DNA of 64,000 nt from an uncultured Clostridia bacterium (GCA_963557965.1 CAUWEX010000005.1:1062-65061), one strand, 5' to 3'; counted from the first letter of the stretch, positions 45,551-54,969 are shown. The notes: generated by a model from the letters alone, not told the origin. Translations and numbers: made by a program.

Positions 45551-46786
45551 ATGCAAGAAAATTTATTTAAATTAGCAGAAGAAGTAGAAAAAGAGCTAGA
45601 GCTACAATTTAAAGAGTTAGACAGACTATGTGAAAAAAACAGTCAAAAAGTTTTAAATGCATTTCAAGAGTGTGATTTACAAGAATCGCATTTAAATTCT
45701 TCAACAGGATATGGTATAGATGAACCAGGAAGAAATAAAATTGAAGAAATTTATGCAAAAGTATTTAAAGCAGAAGATGCATTGGTAAGAACTCAATTAA
45801 TTTCAGGGACACATGCATTAACGGTAACATTGTTTGGAATTTTGAGACCTGGAGACACAATGCTTAGTATATCAGGTGAACCATATGATACATTGCAAAC
45901 TGTAATAGGGACAAGTTCAGAACAAAGTAATAGTTCATTGAAATCATTTGGAGTAAAATATGAACAAATTGATTTAGTAGACAATGAATTTGATAAAGAA
46001 AAAATACAAGAAAGATTATCTAAAAAAGATATTAAACTTGTAGAAATTCAAAAATCAAGAGGATATTCAACAAGAGAGAGTATAAATATTAGTAAAATAG
46101 AGAACATAATAAAAGCAATTAGGGAAGTAAATGACGAAGTTATAATAATGGTTGATAATTGCTATGGTGAATTTGTAGAAGAAAAGGAACCAATAGAAGC
46201 AGGAGCTGATATTGCAGTAGGTTCGCTTATGAAAAATTTAGGTGCAGGAATTGCAACATCTGGAGCATATATAGTAGGAAGAAAAGATTTAATACATTTA
46301 TGTGCAGAAAGACTAACATCACCAGGAATAGGAAAAGAAATAGGACCATCATTAAATCAAAATGCATTATTGCTAAAGGGATTATTTTTTGCACCAACAG
46401 TTGTAAGAAGTAGTGTAAAAACAGCCATTTTTGCAAGTAGAATGTTAGAAAAACTAGGGTACAATGTAGAACCAAAATCAAATTGTAAAAGAGCAGATAT
46501 TGTGCAAACATTGATTTTAAATTCAGAAGATAAATTAATAAAATTCTGCCAAGGAATTCAAAAAGGCTCACCAATTGATTCAAATGTTCTTCCATATCCA
46601 GGAGATATGGGAGGATATGAAGACCAAGTAATAATGGCAGCAGGGACATTTACACAAGGGTCAACAATAGAATTGAGTTGTGATGGACCAATACGTGCTC
46701 CATATATAGCATATATGCAAGGTGGACTTACATATGAATATGGAAAATTAGGAATTCTAAAAGCGATAGAATTTATGGAAAATTAG
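45551..46786 (+). CDS. Methionine gamma-lyase family/aluminium-resistance protein (YnbB-like, PLP-dependent)
   Basis: SGTHAL, VDNCYGEFVE, GSLMKNLG, MAAGTFTQGSTIELSCDGP. Confidence 0.92.
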   Translation: MQENLFKLAEEVEKELELQFKELDRLCEKNSQKVLNAFQECDLQESHLNSSTGYGIDEPGRNKIEEIYAKVFKAEDALVRTQLISGTHALTVTLFGILRPGDTMLSISGEPYDTLQTVIGTSSEQSNSSLKSFGVKYEQIDLVDNEFDKEKIQERLSKKDIKLVEIQKSRGYSTRESINISKIENIIKAIREVNDEVIIMVDNCYGEFVEEKEPIEAGADIAVGSLMKNLGAGIATSGAYIVGRKDLIHLCAERLTSPGIGKEIGPSLNQNALLLKGLFFAPTVVRSSVKTAIFASRMLEKLGYNVEPKSNCKRADIVQTLILNSEDKLIKFCQGIQKGSPIDSNVLPYPGDMGGYEDQVIMAAGTFTQGSTIELSCDGPIRAPYIAYMQGGLTYEYGKLGILKAIEFMEN

Positions 46787-46796
46787 GAGGATAAAA

Positions 46797-47468
46797 ATGG
46801 TAGTAGTAGTGATTTTATTAGTATTAATTGTTTTAATTACAGCAATTTTAATATTTGGGGGAAGTGCTGCGAGAAAAGAACAAAGAAATATTGAAAAAGA
46901 GAGAAAAGAAGCACAAAAAAAAGCCAAAAAAGAAATACAAGAAAAGAAAACAGAGACAAAAAAATCGAATTCGGAATATGTTGATTTATTTAAATTAGTT
47001 GAAGAAACAGAAGCTAAAGAAGATAGTTTATCAACAAACACAGAAGAAATTGTGGATAATGTAGAAAATTTAAATAGCGAGATTGAAAAAGTAGAAGAAA
47101 AGCAAGAAAAAGCTAAAGAAGCTGGAGAAAAGGAAAATAGCGGAATTGAATGGTTAATGCCAAATGTAACAGAAACAAATGTAACAGAAGAATTAGATAA
47201 ACTTGAACAAGAAGCTAAAAGTTCGCATAAAGGATATTTAAATGATGATGATGAGCCAGAAGAAGAAAAAACAACAAAAACAACAACTAAAAAAGCTTCT
47301 AGCAAAACTGGAACAAAGAAAAAAACTGGCACGTCAACTGCAAAAAAATCGCCATCTAAAACAGCAAGTAAAACAACAAAGAAAACAACAACTAAAAAAG
47401 CAGCAGATAAAAAAGAAGAAGTAAAAACAACTACCAGAAAAAGAGCAACAAAAAAAGAAGAAAACTAA
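46797..47468 (+). CDS. Membrane-anchored protein with acidic middle and Lys/Thr-rich tail
   Basis: N-terminal TM, E-rich centre, KTTKK-type low-complexity C-terminus; RBS AGGAGG. Confidence 0.75.
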   Translation: MVVVVILLVLIVLITAILIFGGSAARKEQRNIEKERKEAQKKAKKEIQEKKTETKKSNSEYVDLFKLVEETEAKEDSLSTNTEEIVDNVENLNSEIEKVEEKQEKAKEAGEKENSGIEWLMPNVTETNVTEELDKLEQEAKSSHKGYLNDDDEPEEEKTTKTTTKKASSKTGTKKKTGTSTAKKSPSKTASKTTKKTTTKKAADKKEEVKTTTRKRATKKEEN

Positions 47469-47488
47469 TAAAAGGGAAGGCTAACTAA

Positions 47489-48769
47489 ATGAAAACTATA
47501 GTAATAGGTGGAGGACCAGCGGGAATGATGGCAGCAATAGAAGCTAGCAAAAACGCTGATAATCATGTTATATTATTAGAAAAGATGACATCATTAGGAC
47601 GAAAATTATTAATAACGGGGAAAGGGAGGTGCAATATAACCTCCTCTTTACCTATGGAAGAGTTTATAAAAAATACTCCAGGAAATGGAAGGTTTTTATA
47701 TAGCTCTTATATGCAATATACTAATAATGATATAATAAAATTTTTAAAAGAGCAGGGGTTACAAGTAAAGGAAGAAAGAGGAAATAGGATATTTCCTGTA
47801 ACAGACCATTCACAAGATGTTTTAAAATGTTTTACAAAAAAATTAAAAGAGAATCATGTAGAAATAATGTATAATGCAGCTGTAAAAGAGATATGTGTTA
47901 AAGAAGAAAATGGTCAAAAAGTAGCAATGGGGGTAAAAACAGAAAATCAAACCATTTGGGCAGATAATATAATATTGGCTACTGGAGGAAAAAGTTATCC
48001 ATTAACAGGTTCAACAGGAGATGGATATAAAATGGTAGAAAAGTTGGGGCATAAAATAGTAGAGCCAAAGCCATCTTTGGTACCATTAGAAATTTATGAA
48101 AATAATTTAGCAAAAGAACTACAAGGTCTAAGTCTTAGAAATGTTTCAATAAAGGTAATAGATGAAGAAAAAAACAAAAATATATATGATGACTTCGGAG
48201 AAATGATATTTACTCATTTTGGAGTATCAGGCCCAATAATTTTAAGTGCTTCAGCTCATATGGTAAGATATAAAAATATCGGAGATAAATGTAATAATAG
48301 AAAAATAAAAATTTTAATAGATTTGAAACCAGCTTTATCAGAGCAAAAGTTAGAAGCGCGAATTTTAAGAGATTTTGAAGAGTTAAAAAACAAACAATTT
48401 AAAAACAGTTTAGATAAATTATTGCCACAAAAGCTAATTCCAGCAGTAATAGAGAAAAGCGGGATTAATCCTAATAAAAAAGTAAATGAAATTACAAAAG
48501 AAGAAAGAAAAAGAGTAGTACAAATATTAAAAAAATTTGAAGTAACAATAAAAAAGACGAGACCTATAGATGAAGGAATAATAACAAGTGGAGGAATACA
48601 AATATCGCAGATAAATCCTAAAACTATGGAATCAAAAATAATTAGAAATTTATACTTTGCAGGAGAAATAATAGATGTAGATAGCTATACAGGGGGCTTT
48701 AATCTACAAATTGCGTATTCAACTGGATATGTAGCAGGAAATTCTGTAAATCAAAATAGAGATATGTAA
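47489..48769 (+). CDS. HI0933/YhiN-family flavoprotein
   Basis: GGGPAG, TGKGRCN, ATGG, FTHFGVSGP, GEIIDVD..TGGFNLQ. Confidence 0.93.
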   Translation: MKTIVIGGGPAGMMAAIEASKNADNHVILLEKMTSLGRKLLITGKGRCNITSSLPMEEFIKNTPGNGRFLYSSYMQYTNNDIIKFLKEQGLQVKEERGNRIFPVTDHSQDVLKCFTKKLKENHVEIMYNAAVKEICVKEENGQKVAMGVKTENQTIWADNIILATGGKSYPLTGSTGDGYKMVEKLGHKIVEPKPSLVPLEIYENNLAKELQGLSLRNVSIKVIDEEKNKNIYDDFGEMIFTHFGVSGPIILSASAHMVRYKNIGDKCNNRKIKILIDLKPALSEQKLEARILRDFEELKNKQFKNSLDKLLPQKLIPAVIEKSGINPNKKVNEITKEERKRVVQILKKFEVTIKKTRPIDEGIITSGGIQISQINPKTMESKIIRNLYFAGEIIDVDSYTGGFNLQIAYSTGYVAGNSVNQNRDM

Positions 48770-48825
48770 GAAAGGAAAAAGGAGTGATAATAATCAGTCC
48801 TTTTTAAGGTAAAGGAAGAACAATT

Positions 48826-49473
48826 TTGAAAGAAAATGAAATAAAAGAATTTATAACAATAAAAGAAAACATTCAGGCCGAGCTAGTTGAAAAAAAATCA
48901 AAATTTATTGCAAATTTAATTTATGTGGAAAATACTAACGAGGCTGAAAAAATAATACGAGAGACTAAGAAAAAATATTTTGACGCACGTCATAATTGCA
49001 TAGCATATAGAGTTATAGAAAAGGGACAAATAGTAGAAAGATTTAGCGATAATGGAGAGCCATCAGGAACAGCAGGAGCACCAATGCTAAACATATTACA
49101 AAAGAATGGATATGTAAATGTATTAATAATAGTAACAAGGTATTTTGGAGGAATATTATTAGGGACAGGTGGTTTAGTTAGAGCATATTCAAATAGTTTA
49201 ATGCTGGCAATAGAAAAAAGTCAAAAAATAAAAAAAGTCTTTGGCGAGATTGATGAAGTAGTACTTGAATATAGTGAGATGGAGAATTTTAAGTATTATT
49301 GTAAAAATAATGAAATTAATATAGTAGAAATTGAATATCAGGAGAAAATTGCATGTAAAATAGAATTGGAAACTGACAAAAAGGAAAAATTGCTGAAAGA
49401 TTATGAAACAAAAAAAATAAAAATAATAAAATCTAGGGAATTACGTAAAAAATATATTACGAAATGTATATGA
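48826..49473 (+). CDS. YigZ/IMPACT family protein
   Basis: KKSKFIA, ARHNC, DNGEPSGTAG, VTRYFGGILLGTGGLVRAY. Confidence 0.94.
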   Translation: MKENEIKEFITIKENIQAELVEKKSKFIANLIYVENTNEAEKIIRETKKKYFDARHNCIAYRVIEKGQIVERFSDNGEPSGTAGAPMLNILQKNGYVNVLIIVTRYFGGILLGTGGLVRAYSNSLMLAIEKSQKIKKVFGEIDEVVLEYSEMENFKYYCKNNEINIVEIEYQEKIACKIELETDKKEKLLKDYETKKIKIIKSRELRKKYITKCI

Positions 49474-49592
49474 TTTTGGCACTTTCGTAAAATAAATGGT
49501 AAAAAATTCCACAAAAACTTGAAATATAGCTTCTAAAGTAATATAATTTTCGATGTAAAAAATTTACATTAAATTATTTTAGGAGGATGAAT

Positions 49593-50408
49593 ATGAAAGA
49601 AAAAATTACAATTTTAATTGCGGATGACAATCAAGATTTTACACATACATTATCTAGCTATATAAATAGCCAAGATGATATGGAAGTGATTGGAATAGCT
49701 AAGGATGGAAATGAAGCGGTTAGTTTAATTCCTAATATAAACCCTGATATAGTGCTACTAGATGTAATAATGCCACAATTAGATGGATTAGGAGTACTTG
49801 AAAAAATGAGTTCTATGAGCTGTAAGAAACCAATATTTATAATGCTATCAGCTGTAGGACAAGATAAGATTACACAAAAAGCTATTAATTTAGGAGCTGA
49901 ATACTATGTCGTAAAACCTTTTGATATAGAATTATTAATAAAAAGAATAAGAGATATTAAGTTCTTTAAGCCTGAACGCAGGAATAATACTTTTATAACA
50001 AGAGACAGTAATAAAATGTACATAGATGTAGATACATCAAAGATAGGTTCGGATAAAAGCTTAGAAGCTTTGGTTACAAATCTTATTCATGAAGTTGGAG
50101 TTCCAGCACATATAAAAGGATATCAATATTTAAGAGAAGCAATAATTATGGTAGTAAAGGATATTGATGTTATAAATCAGATAACAAAAAGCTTATATCC
50201 TAAAATTGCATATAAATATGAAACAACACCAAGTCGCGTAGAACGTGCAATTCGCCATGCTATAGAAGTAGCATGGGGAAGAGGAGACCAAATTATTGTT
50301 GAGAAGATATTTGGATATACTATTTCAGCAGCAAAAGGAAAGCCAACTAATAGTGAATTTATAGCAATGATTGCTGATAAATTACGTTTAGAGTTAAAGA
50401 GTGCATAA
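49593..50408 (+). CDS. spo0A: Sporulation master regulator Spo0A
   Basis: Receiver domain plus [40 protein letters not shown]. Start 49593 fits AGGAGG spacing. Confidence 0.98.
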   Translation: MKEKITILIADDNQDFTHTLSSYINSQDDMEVIGIAKDGNEAVSLIPNINPDIVLLDVIMPQLDGLGVLEKMSSMSCKKPIFIMLSAVGQDKITQKAINLGAEYYVVKPFDIELLIKRIRDIKFFKPERRNNTFITRDSNKMYIDVDTSKIGSDKSLEALVTNLIHEVGVPAHIKGYQYLREAIIMVVKDIDVINQITKSLYPKIAYKYETTPSRVERAIRHAIEVAWGRGDQIIVEKIFGYTISAAKGKPTNSEFIAMIADKLRLELKSA

Positions 50409-50557
50409 AAACATTTGGATATTGGCATTATCAAGAATACAAAGATGTTGCTATATTGCAAGAAATCTTTGATCACTCATCTTCATCAGTTACATTAAGA
50501 TACATAGGAATAAATCAAGATGTAATTGATAAATCATATATGAATTTTAGTTTGTAA
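50408..50557 (+). pseudogene. C-terminal remnant of a phage-type tyrosine recombinase/integrase
   Basis: Hand translation [49 protein letters not shown] matches integrase box II (RKTFG...HS...T.RY). It has no start and no 5' part. Confidence 0.85.
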
Positions 50558-50584
50558 AATTTTGGTTTGTAAAATTTTGGTTTG
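50543..50584. repeat. 15-bp tandem repeat (~2.8 copies)
   Basis: AATTTTAGTTTGTAA AATTTTGGTTTGTAA AATTTTGGTTTG. Confidence 0.8.
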
Positions 50585-50589
50585 CTCGC

Positions 50590-50618
50590 TTGATTTTTGC
50601 AAACAAATGTTGTATAGT
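50590..50618 (+). promoter_or_regulatory. Promoter of the putative toxin mRNA
   Basis: TTGATT-17-TATAGT. Confidence 0.6.
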
Positions 50619-50704
50619 ATTGAACATAGGAAATGAGAATAAGCAGATGTGGTTTCCACTTTACATATAACAGAGGTCAACTCTGGGAAAGTGAGGTGGT
50701 GCTT

Positions 50705-50809
50705 ATGATAGAATTTCTAATGTTTCTAATTATAGGACTAATGATTTCAACAACCATAAACGTAACCTTATTAGCAATTATATTTATACAGTGGACAAAT
50801 AAGGAATAA
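50705..50809 (+). CDS. Putative type I toxin, 34-aa single-TM peptide (missing from ORF track)
   Basis: MIEFLMFLIIGLMISTTINVTLLAIIFIQWTNKE; RBS GAGGTGGTG; structured 5' leader; convergent antisense promoter. Confidence 0.75.
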   Translation: MIEFLMFLIIGLMISTTINVTLLAIIFIQWTNKE

Positions 50810-50896
50810 ATAAAAAACACATCTGTGATTTGACCGTTATAGATGTGTTTTTACCCTATATCGTGGCAAACCACGTTTGTGGTTTCTCCATTTCAT
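50806..50896 (-). ncRNA. Putative antisense antitoxin RNA (~85-90 nt)
   Basis: Lies between the minus-strand promoter and the bidirectional hairpin 50812-50852, which has a U-run on the minus strand. Ends are estimated. Confidence 0.65.
50812..50852. terminator. Bidirectional terminator hairpin of the TA module
   Basis: AAAAAACACATCTGTGA-TTTGACCG-TTATAGATGTGTTTTT. Confidence 0.8.
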
Positions 50897-50902
50897 ATAA
50901 TT

Positions 50903-50931
50903 ATTATACACAGATTGGTATAAAAAGTCAA
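50903..50931 (-). promoter_or_regulatory. Near-consensus sigma-A promoter for the antisense RNA
   Basis: Reverse complement reads TTGACT-17-TATAAT; no minus-strand ORF follows. Confidence 0.8.
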
Positions 50932-50961
50932 GTAAATAATAATTTTAGGATACTTGAAAAT

Positions 50962-50990
50962 TTGCAAAAATTGTAAATATATGTTATAAT
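50962..50990 (+). promoter_or_regulatory. sigma-A promoter of GC-rich orphan 2
   Basis: TTGCAA-17-TATAAT with extended TG; spacer contains TGTAAAT. Confidence 0.7.
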
Positions 50991-51048
50991 TATATATGTA
51001 TTATATTAATAAGGCTTGAGCATATCAAGCCTACAATTAAGGAGAGAC

Positions 51049-51234
51049 ATGCAAGACCCTCAAAAAACTGAAAGTTACAATCCGAAAGAGCTTGAGTCTA
51101 TGTATGCGGCTATCAAACGCGCACAGGAAGAAGCAGAAAATATTATCTGTGCCGGATTTGATGGTCGCGATAACGCATATGTAGAGATGCAGATAATGGA
51201 AGATCAGGTTTTTGCCATTATCTATCCCTGCTAA
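51049..51234 (+). CDS. GC-elevated orphan small protein (61 aa)
   Basis: ATG 51049 follows AAGGAG; a hand-counted line is 43% GC; has its own promoter and terminator. Confidence 0.65.
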   Translation: MQDPQKTESYNPKELESMYAAIKRAQEEAENIICAGFDGRDNAYVEMQIMEDQVFAIIYPC

Positions 51235-51247
51235 GACTCTCCGAGCA

Positions 51248-51289
51248 CCCCTCACTTTTACACTTTAGTAAGAGTGAGGGGGATTTTTT
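51248..51289 (+). terminator. Intrinsic terminator of orphan 2
   Basis: CCCCTCACTTTTAC...GTAAGAGTGAGGGG then ATTTTTT. Confidence 0.85.
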
Positions 51290-51349
51290 GTATAGACTAA
51301 AACAAATTGGAAAAAATAATATTAATACATAAAATAAAGGAGGGCATAT

Positions 51350-51688
51350 ATGGAAGAGATAAATTTTAAAAATACAATTACTATTAAAAATTTACCATCG
51401 AATTTGATAGAAAAAGCTGTTATAGTATTTAAAGATAAAAAAACAGTTAAAGAGATTCAAAAAATAGAACAACAGTACAATAAAAAAGGGAAACAAATAT
51501 CAAAGAACACAAATTGCTACGCAATAAAAGAAGCGGAGTTAATTGTTACAAATTATTTAAAAGAAATAAATAACAAGAAAAGAAATAAAATAGTCAAAAA
51601 TAAAAGCAATAAAAAAATTAAAATTTATTCAGTTGTGGTAACTATTTTATTGCTTATCCAAACAATTATATTTATGGCTACTATATAA
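51350..51688 (+). CDS. Hypothetical protein with C-terminal TM
   Basis: RBS AAAGGAGG; KNLPSNLIEKAVIVFK N-terminus; hydrophobic C-terminus. Confidence 0.75.
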   Translation: MEEINFKNTITIKNLPSNLIEKAVIVFKDKKTVKEIQKIEQQYNKKGKQISKNTNCYAIKEAELIVTNYLKEINNKKRNKIVKNKSNKKIKIYSVVVTILLLIQTIIFMATI

Positions 51689-51751
51689 GTTATAAAACAC
51701 CAAATCCTATCATATAGTTTATAAAGAAACTAAGGAAGAGGTGTATTTTTT

Positions 51752-52633
51752 ATGGAAAGAGTAATGACTGTAGAAGAAAAGATAAGAAGAGCCGAGGAAA
51801 GATATGAAAAAAAGATGCAAGGATTAGAAATGCCAAGTACTAAAATAAGAAGCGAACAAGATAAAAAAGACCTAAAATTACTAAAAAAGATGATAGTTCA
51901 AATTTTAATTTGTAGTACAATTGCTACATCTATATATATCATACAAAACAGTAATAGCACTTTTGCAACTAGCATTATAGAAAAAATAAGTTTGATATTA
52001 TCTAATGATACAAATTTTGGAGCTATAATAAATGAAAGCAAAAATAAAACACAAGAAATATTTAGAAATATGCCATCAATGACAGTAAAGAATAAAGAAG
52101 AAAATAAGACTACAGAAGAAAATCAGACTCAAAATGAGACACCAGTAGAAGGAATTGGAGGGGCAGAAGAAGAAAATCCAAGTCAAGTTAATGAGGTAGA
52201 ACAAAAATTATCAGAACAAGAATTAGAGATAGAAGCAATACATAAAACGACATCATTTATAAAACCAGTTGAGGGTGTAATAACGTCAAAATTTGGACAA
52301 AGAGATACTGCAACAGGCAATGTTCCTAAAAATCATACAGGAGTGGATATCGCAGCAAATACAGGTACAAAAATAATAGCTGCTACAGATGGAGAAGTTG
52401 TTCTTGCATCAGAAGAAGGAGACTATGGAAAACATTTAAAAATTCAAGTGGGAGATGTTAGTGTTATTTATGCTCATTGTAACAACTTATATGTAAAACA
52501 GGGGGACATAGTAAAACAAGGACAAGAGGTTGCAGAAGTGGGCTCGACAGGAAACTCTACAGGACCACACTTACATTTTGAAATTCGATATAAAGAAAAG
52601 ATGATAAATCCACAAAATATTTTAGAGCTATAG
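51752..52633 (+). CDS. M23 peptidase, SpoIVFA-like by position
   Basis: Single TM, HTGVD (HxxxD), HLH; directly upstream of the M50 protease. Confidence 0.85.
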   Translation: MERVMTVEEKIRRAEERYEKKMQGLEMPSTKIRSEQDKKDLKLLKKMIVQILICSTIATSIYIIQNSNSTFATSIIEKISLILSNDTNFGAIINESKNKTQEIFRNMPSMTVKNKEENKTTEENQTQNETPVEGIGGAEEENPSQVNEVEQKLSEQELEIEAIHKTTSFIKPVEGVITSKFGQRDTATGNVPKNHTGVDIAANTGTKIIAATDGEVVLASEEGDYGKHLKIQVGDVSVIYAHCNNLYVKQGDIVKQGQEVAEVGSTGNSTGPHLHFEIRYKEKMINPQNILEL

Positions 52634-52644
52634 GAGAGGAAAAT

Positions 52645-53310
52645 ATGTATTTTAAAATAGATTTAAAAATCTTCTTGTTTTTAGTATTGTTTTATTTTAC
52701 CGGACAAATTAGAACCTATGCATTAATTTTGGTTTTTGCTTTAATTCATGAGCTTGGACATTTAGTTGCAGGGTTAATGCTTGGAATGAAACCGAATAAA
52801 CTAGAAATAAAGCCATATGGAGTTTCAATATCATTTGATATTTTACCAAAAGATTACAACAAAAAAATGATGAGAGGAAATATTTTGGAACTGAAAAAAG
52901 CAGTTGTTGCAACAGCAGGACCACTTACAAATTTGTTAATCATATGTATAGCTGCTAATTTAGAAATTAGTGTCGTTACTAGTTTGATGATAATATATTC
53001 GAATTTAATATTAATTATCTTTAATTTAATACCAATATATCCTTTAGATGGCGGGAGAATTTTTAAAAGCTTATCATACATAATTTTTGGGAAGAAGAAA
53101 TCTGAAACATATACTAATAATTTTTCATTTGTAGTCTTAATAATAACAACCTTTATAGGGAGTATTGCAACTTTTTACTTGGAAAATATAGCAATATTTT
53201 TAATAATTATATTTTTATGGATAATATATATAAAAGAAGATTTACAATATAAGAAAAAGACTGAAATTTATAATTTAATAGAAAAAACTATTGAAAATAA
53301 AGCTAATTAA
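52645..53310 (+). CDS. Site-2 (M50) intramembrane protease, SpoIVFB-like
   Basis: HELGH, AGP, FNLIPIYPLDGGR. Confidence 0.88.
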   Translation: MYFKIDLKIFLFLVLFYFTGQIRTYALILVFALIHELGHLVAGLMLGMKPNKLEIKPYGVSISFDILPKDYNKKMMRGNILELKKAVVATAGPLTNLLIICIAANLEISVVTSLMIIYSNLILIIFNLIPIYPLDGGRIFKSLSYIIFGKKKSETYTNNFSFVVLIITTFIGSIATFYLENIAIFLIIIFLWIIYIKEDLQYKKKTEIYNLIEKTIENKAN

Positions 53311-53355
53311 TAGTAAACTAATACTAATGATAAATTGATAAGGAGAATGCAAAAG

Positions 53356-53901
53356 ATGAAAAATTTTATCAAAAGTGAAAAAGGAGTAAGCCTTGTTTCT
53401 TTAGCGGTTGCCGTAATGGTGCTTATGATATTAACAGGTATTATCCTATATAATGCCAAAAATAATATCAAGATATCTAAAGTAAAAGCAATGGAAGCAG
53501 ATGTAGAAAATCTAACAGATAAAGTTGCTAGCTATTATGCTCAATATGGAATGATACCTGCTGATACCAGTATAGAATATACAAACTTAATGGAATTAAG
53601 AAATGCTAAAATCATAAGTTCTGCAACTGATACAGGTAAGTTTTATGTTATAGATTTATCAGCCATGGAAAATATAACATTAAATTATGGACAAGATTAT
53701 GAAAAAATAAGAAATGGATCAGCTACAACTCCTGAACAGATAAACCAACTAAAGGATTTATATATTATAAACGAAACAAGCCATAATATATTCTATGTAG
53801 CAGGTATAACTATGGATAATTACACATATTATACTAATTATGATGTGGATGAGGTAGATAAGGTACCTGTAACTTTAAGATATGAAAATGTGGCTTTATA
53901 G
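53356..53901 (+). CDS. Type IV pilin-like protein
   Basis: KSEKG|VSLVSLAVAVMVLMILTGII prepilin-like signal without Glu+5; start codon uncertain (53335, 53347 or 53356). Confidence 0.65.
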   Translation: MKNFIKSEKGVSLVSLAVAVMVLMILTGIILYNAKNNIKISKVKAMEADVENLTDKVASYYAQYGMIPADTSIEYTNLMELRNAKIISSATDTGKFYVIDLSAMENITLNYGQDYEKIRNGSATTPEQINQLKDLYIINETSHNIFYVAGITMDNYTYYTNYDVDEVDKVPVTLRYENVAL

Positions 53902-53912
53902 TAATATATATT

Positions 53913-53946
53913 AAAAAGGACATACATTAACTTGTATGTCCTTTTT
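53913..53946 (+). terminator. Intrinsic terminator
   Basis: AAAAAGGACATACA...TGTATGTCCTTTTT. Confidence 0.85.
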
Positions 53947-54149
53947 GGTGCTATTTAACACAAAATTTTATAAAATTTATTTTTGATATCATCAAAACCC
54001 AAGTCTCCCTAGAAAAAGTTTTGTAAAGATTTTGTAACATTTTAGAAATATTTTTGTTATTTTAGCTCAAAATCAATTGACTTTTTAGCGTTTTCGTTAT
54101 ATCATATAGCTATTGAAAATGTGTTTTTAAAATCCTAAGGAGGAAAATT

Positions 54150-54944
54150 ATGGGAGAAGTAATTGTTATTACATCAGGTAAAGGTGGAGTCGGAAAAACA
54201 ACAACAACAGCAAATTTAGGTTCAAGTTTAGCGTTAGAAGGTAAAAAAGTAGTATTAATAGATACTGATATTGGTTTGCGTAATCTTGACGTAGTAATGG
54301 GGCTAGAAAATAGAATTGTTTATGATATAGTTGATGTTGTAGAAGAAAAATGCAAATTAAGGCAAGCTCTAATAAAAGATAAAAGATTTAAAGAACTATA
54401 CCTATTACCAGCAGCTCAAACTAGAGATAAAAGCGCAGTTAATGAAGAACAAATGAGAAAGTTAGTAGAAAAATTAAAAGAAGAATTTGATTATATACTA
54501 ATAGACTGCCCAGCAGGAATTGAACAAGGATTTAAAAATGCTATTGCAGGAGCTGATAGAGCAATTGTGGTAACAACAGCAGAAATATCAGCAATTAGAG
54601 ATGCAGATAGAATTATAGGACTTTTAGAATCATCAGAAATTAAAAATCCAGAGTTAGTTATAAATAGAATTAGACCTAATATGGTAAAAAAAGGAGAAAT
54701 GATGGATGTTGATGACATAGTAGATTTGTTATCAATAGATTTAGTTGGTGTTGTTCCAGATGATGAATACATTATTACACAAACAAATAAAGGAGAACCA
54801 GTTATTCAAAACAAAAAAGCTCCATCAGGCAAAGCATATATAGAAATAGCTAAAAGAGTATTAGGAGAAAAAATAGAAGTAACTATTCCAGGAAGGGAAA
54901 AAGGATTTTTTGCAAGATTAAAAAGACTATTCGGAAAACAATAA
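54150..54944 (+). CDS. minD: Septum site-determining ATPase MinD
   Basis: SGKGGVGKTT, DIGLRNLD, DCPAGIE, C-terminal GFFARLKRLFG membrane-targeting helix. Confidence 0.98.
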   Translation: MGEVIVITSGKGGVGKTTTTANLGSSLALEGKKVVLIDTDIGLRNLDVVMGLENRIVYDIVDVVEEKCKLRQALIKDKRFKELYLLPAAQTRDKSAVNEEQMRKLVEKLKEEFDYILIDCPAGIEQGFKNAIAGADRAIVVTTAEISAIRDADRIIGLLESSEIKNPELVINRIRPNMVKKGEMMDVDDIVDLLSIDLVGVVPDDEYIITQTNKGEPVIQNKKAPSGKAYIEIAKRVLGEKIEVTIPGREKGFFARLKRLFGKQ

Positions 54945-54969
54945 AAAATGTAAGGAGTAGGAAAAAATA

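Noticed and set aside
50543-50584. Tandem repeat as a CRISPR remnant
   Set aside because: The 15-bp units are contiguous with no spacers, and no cas genes are present.
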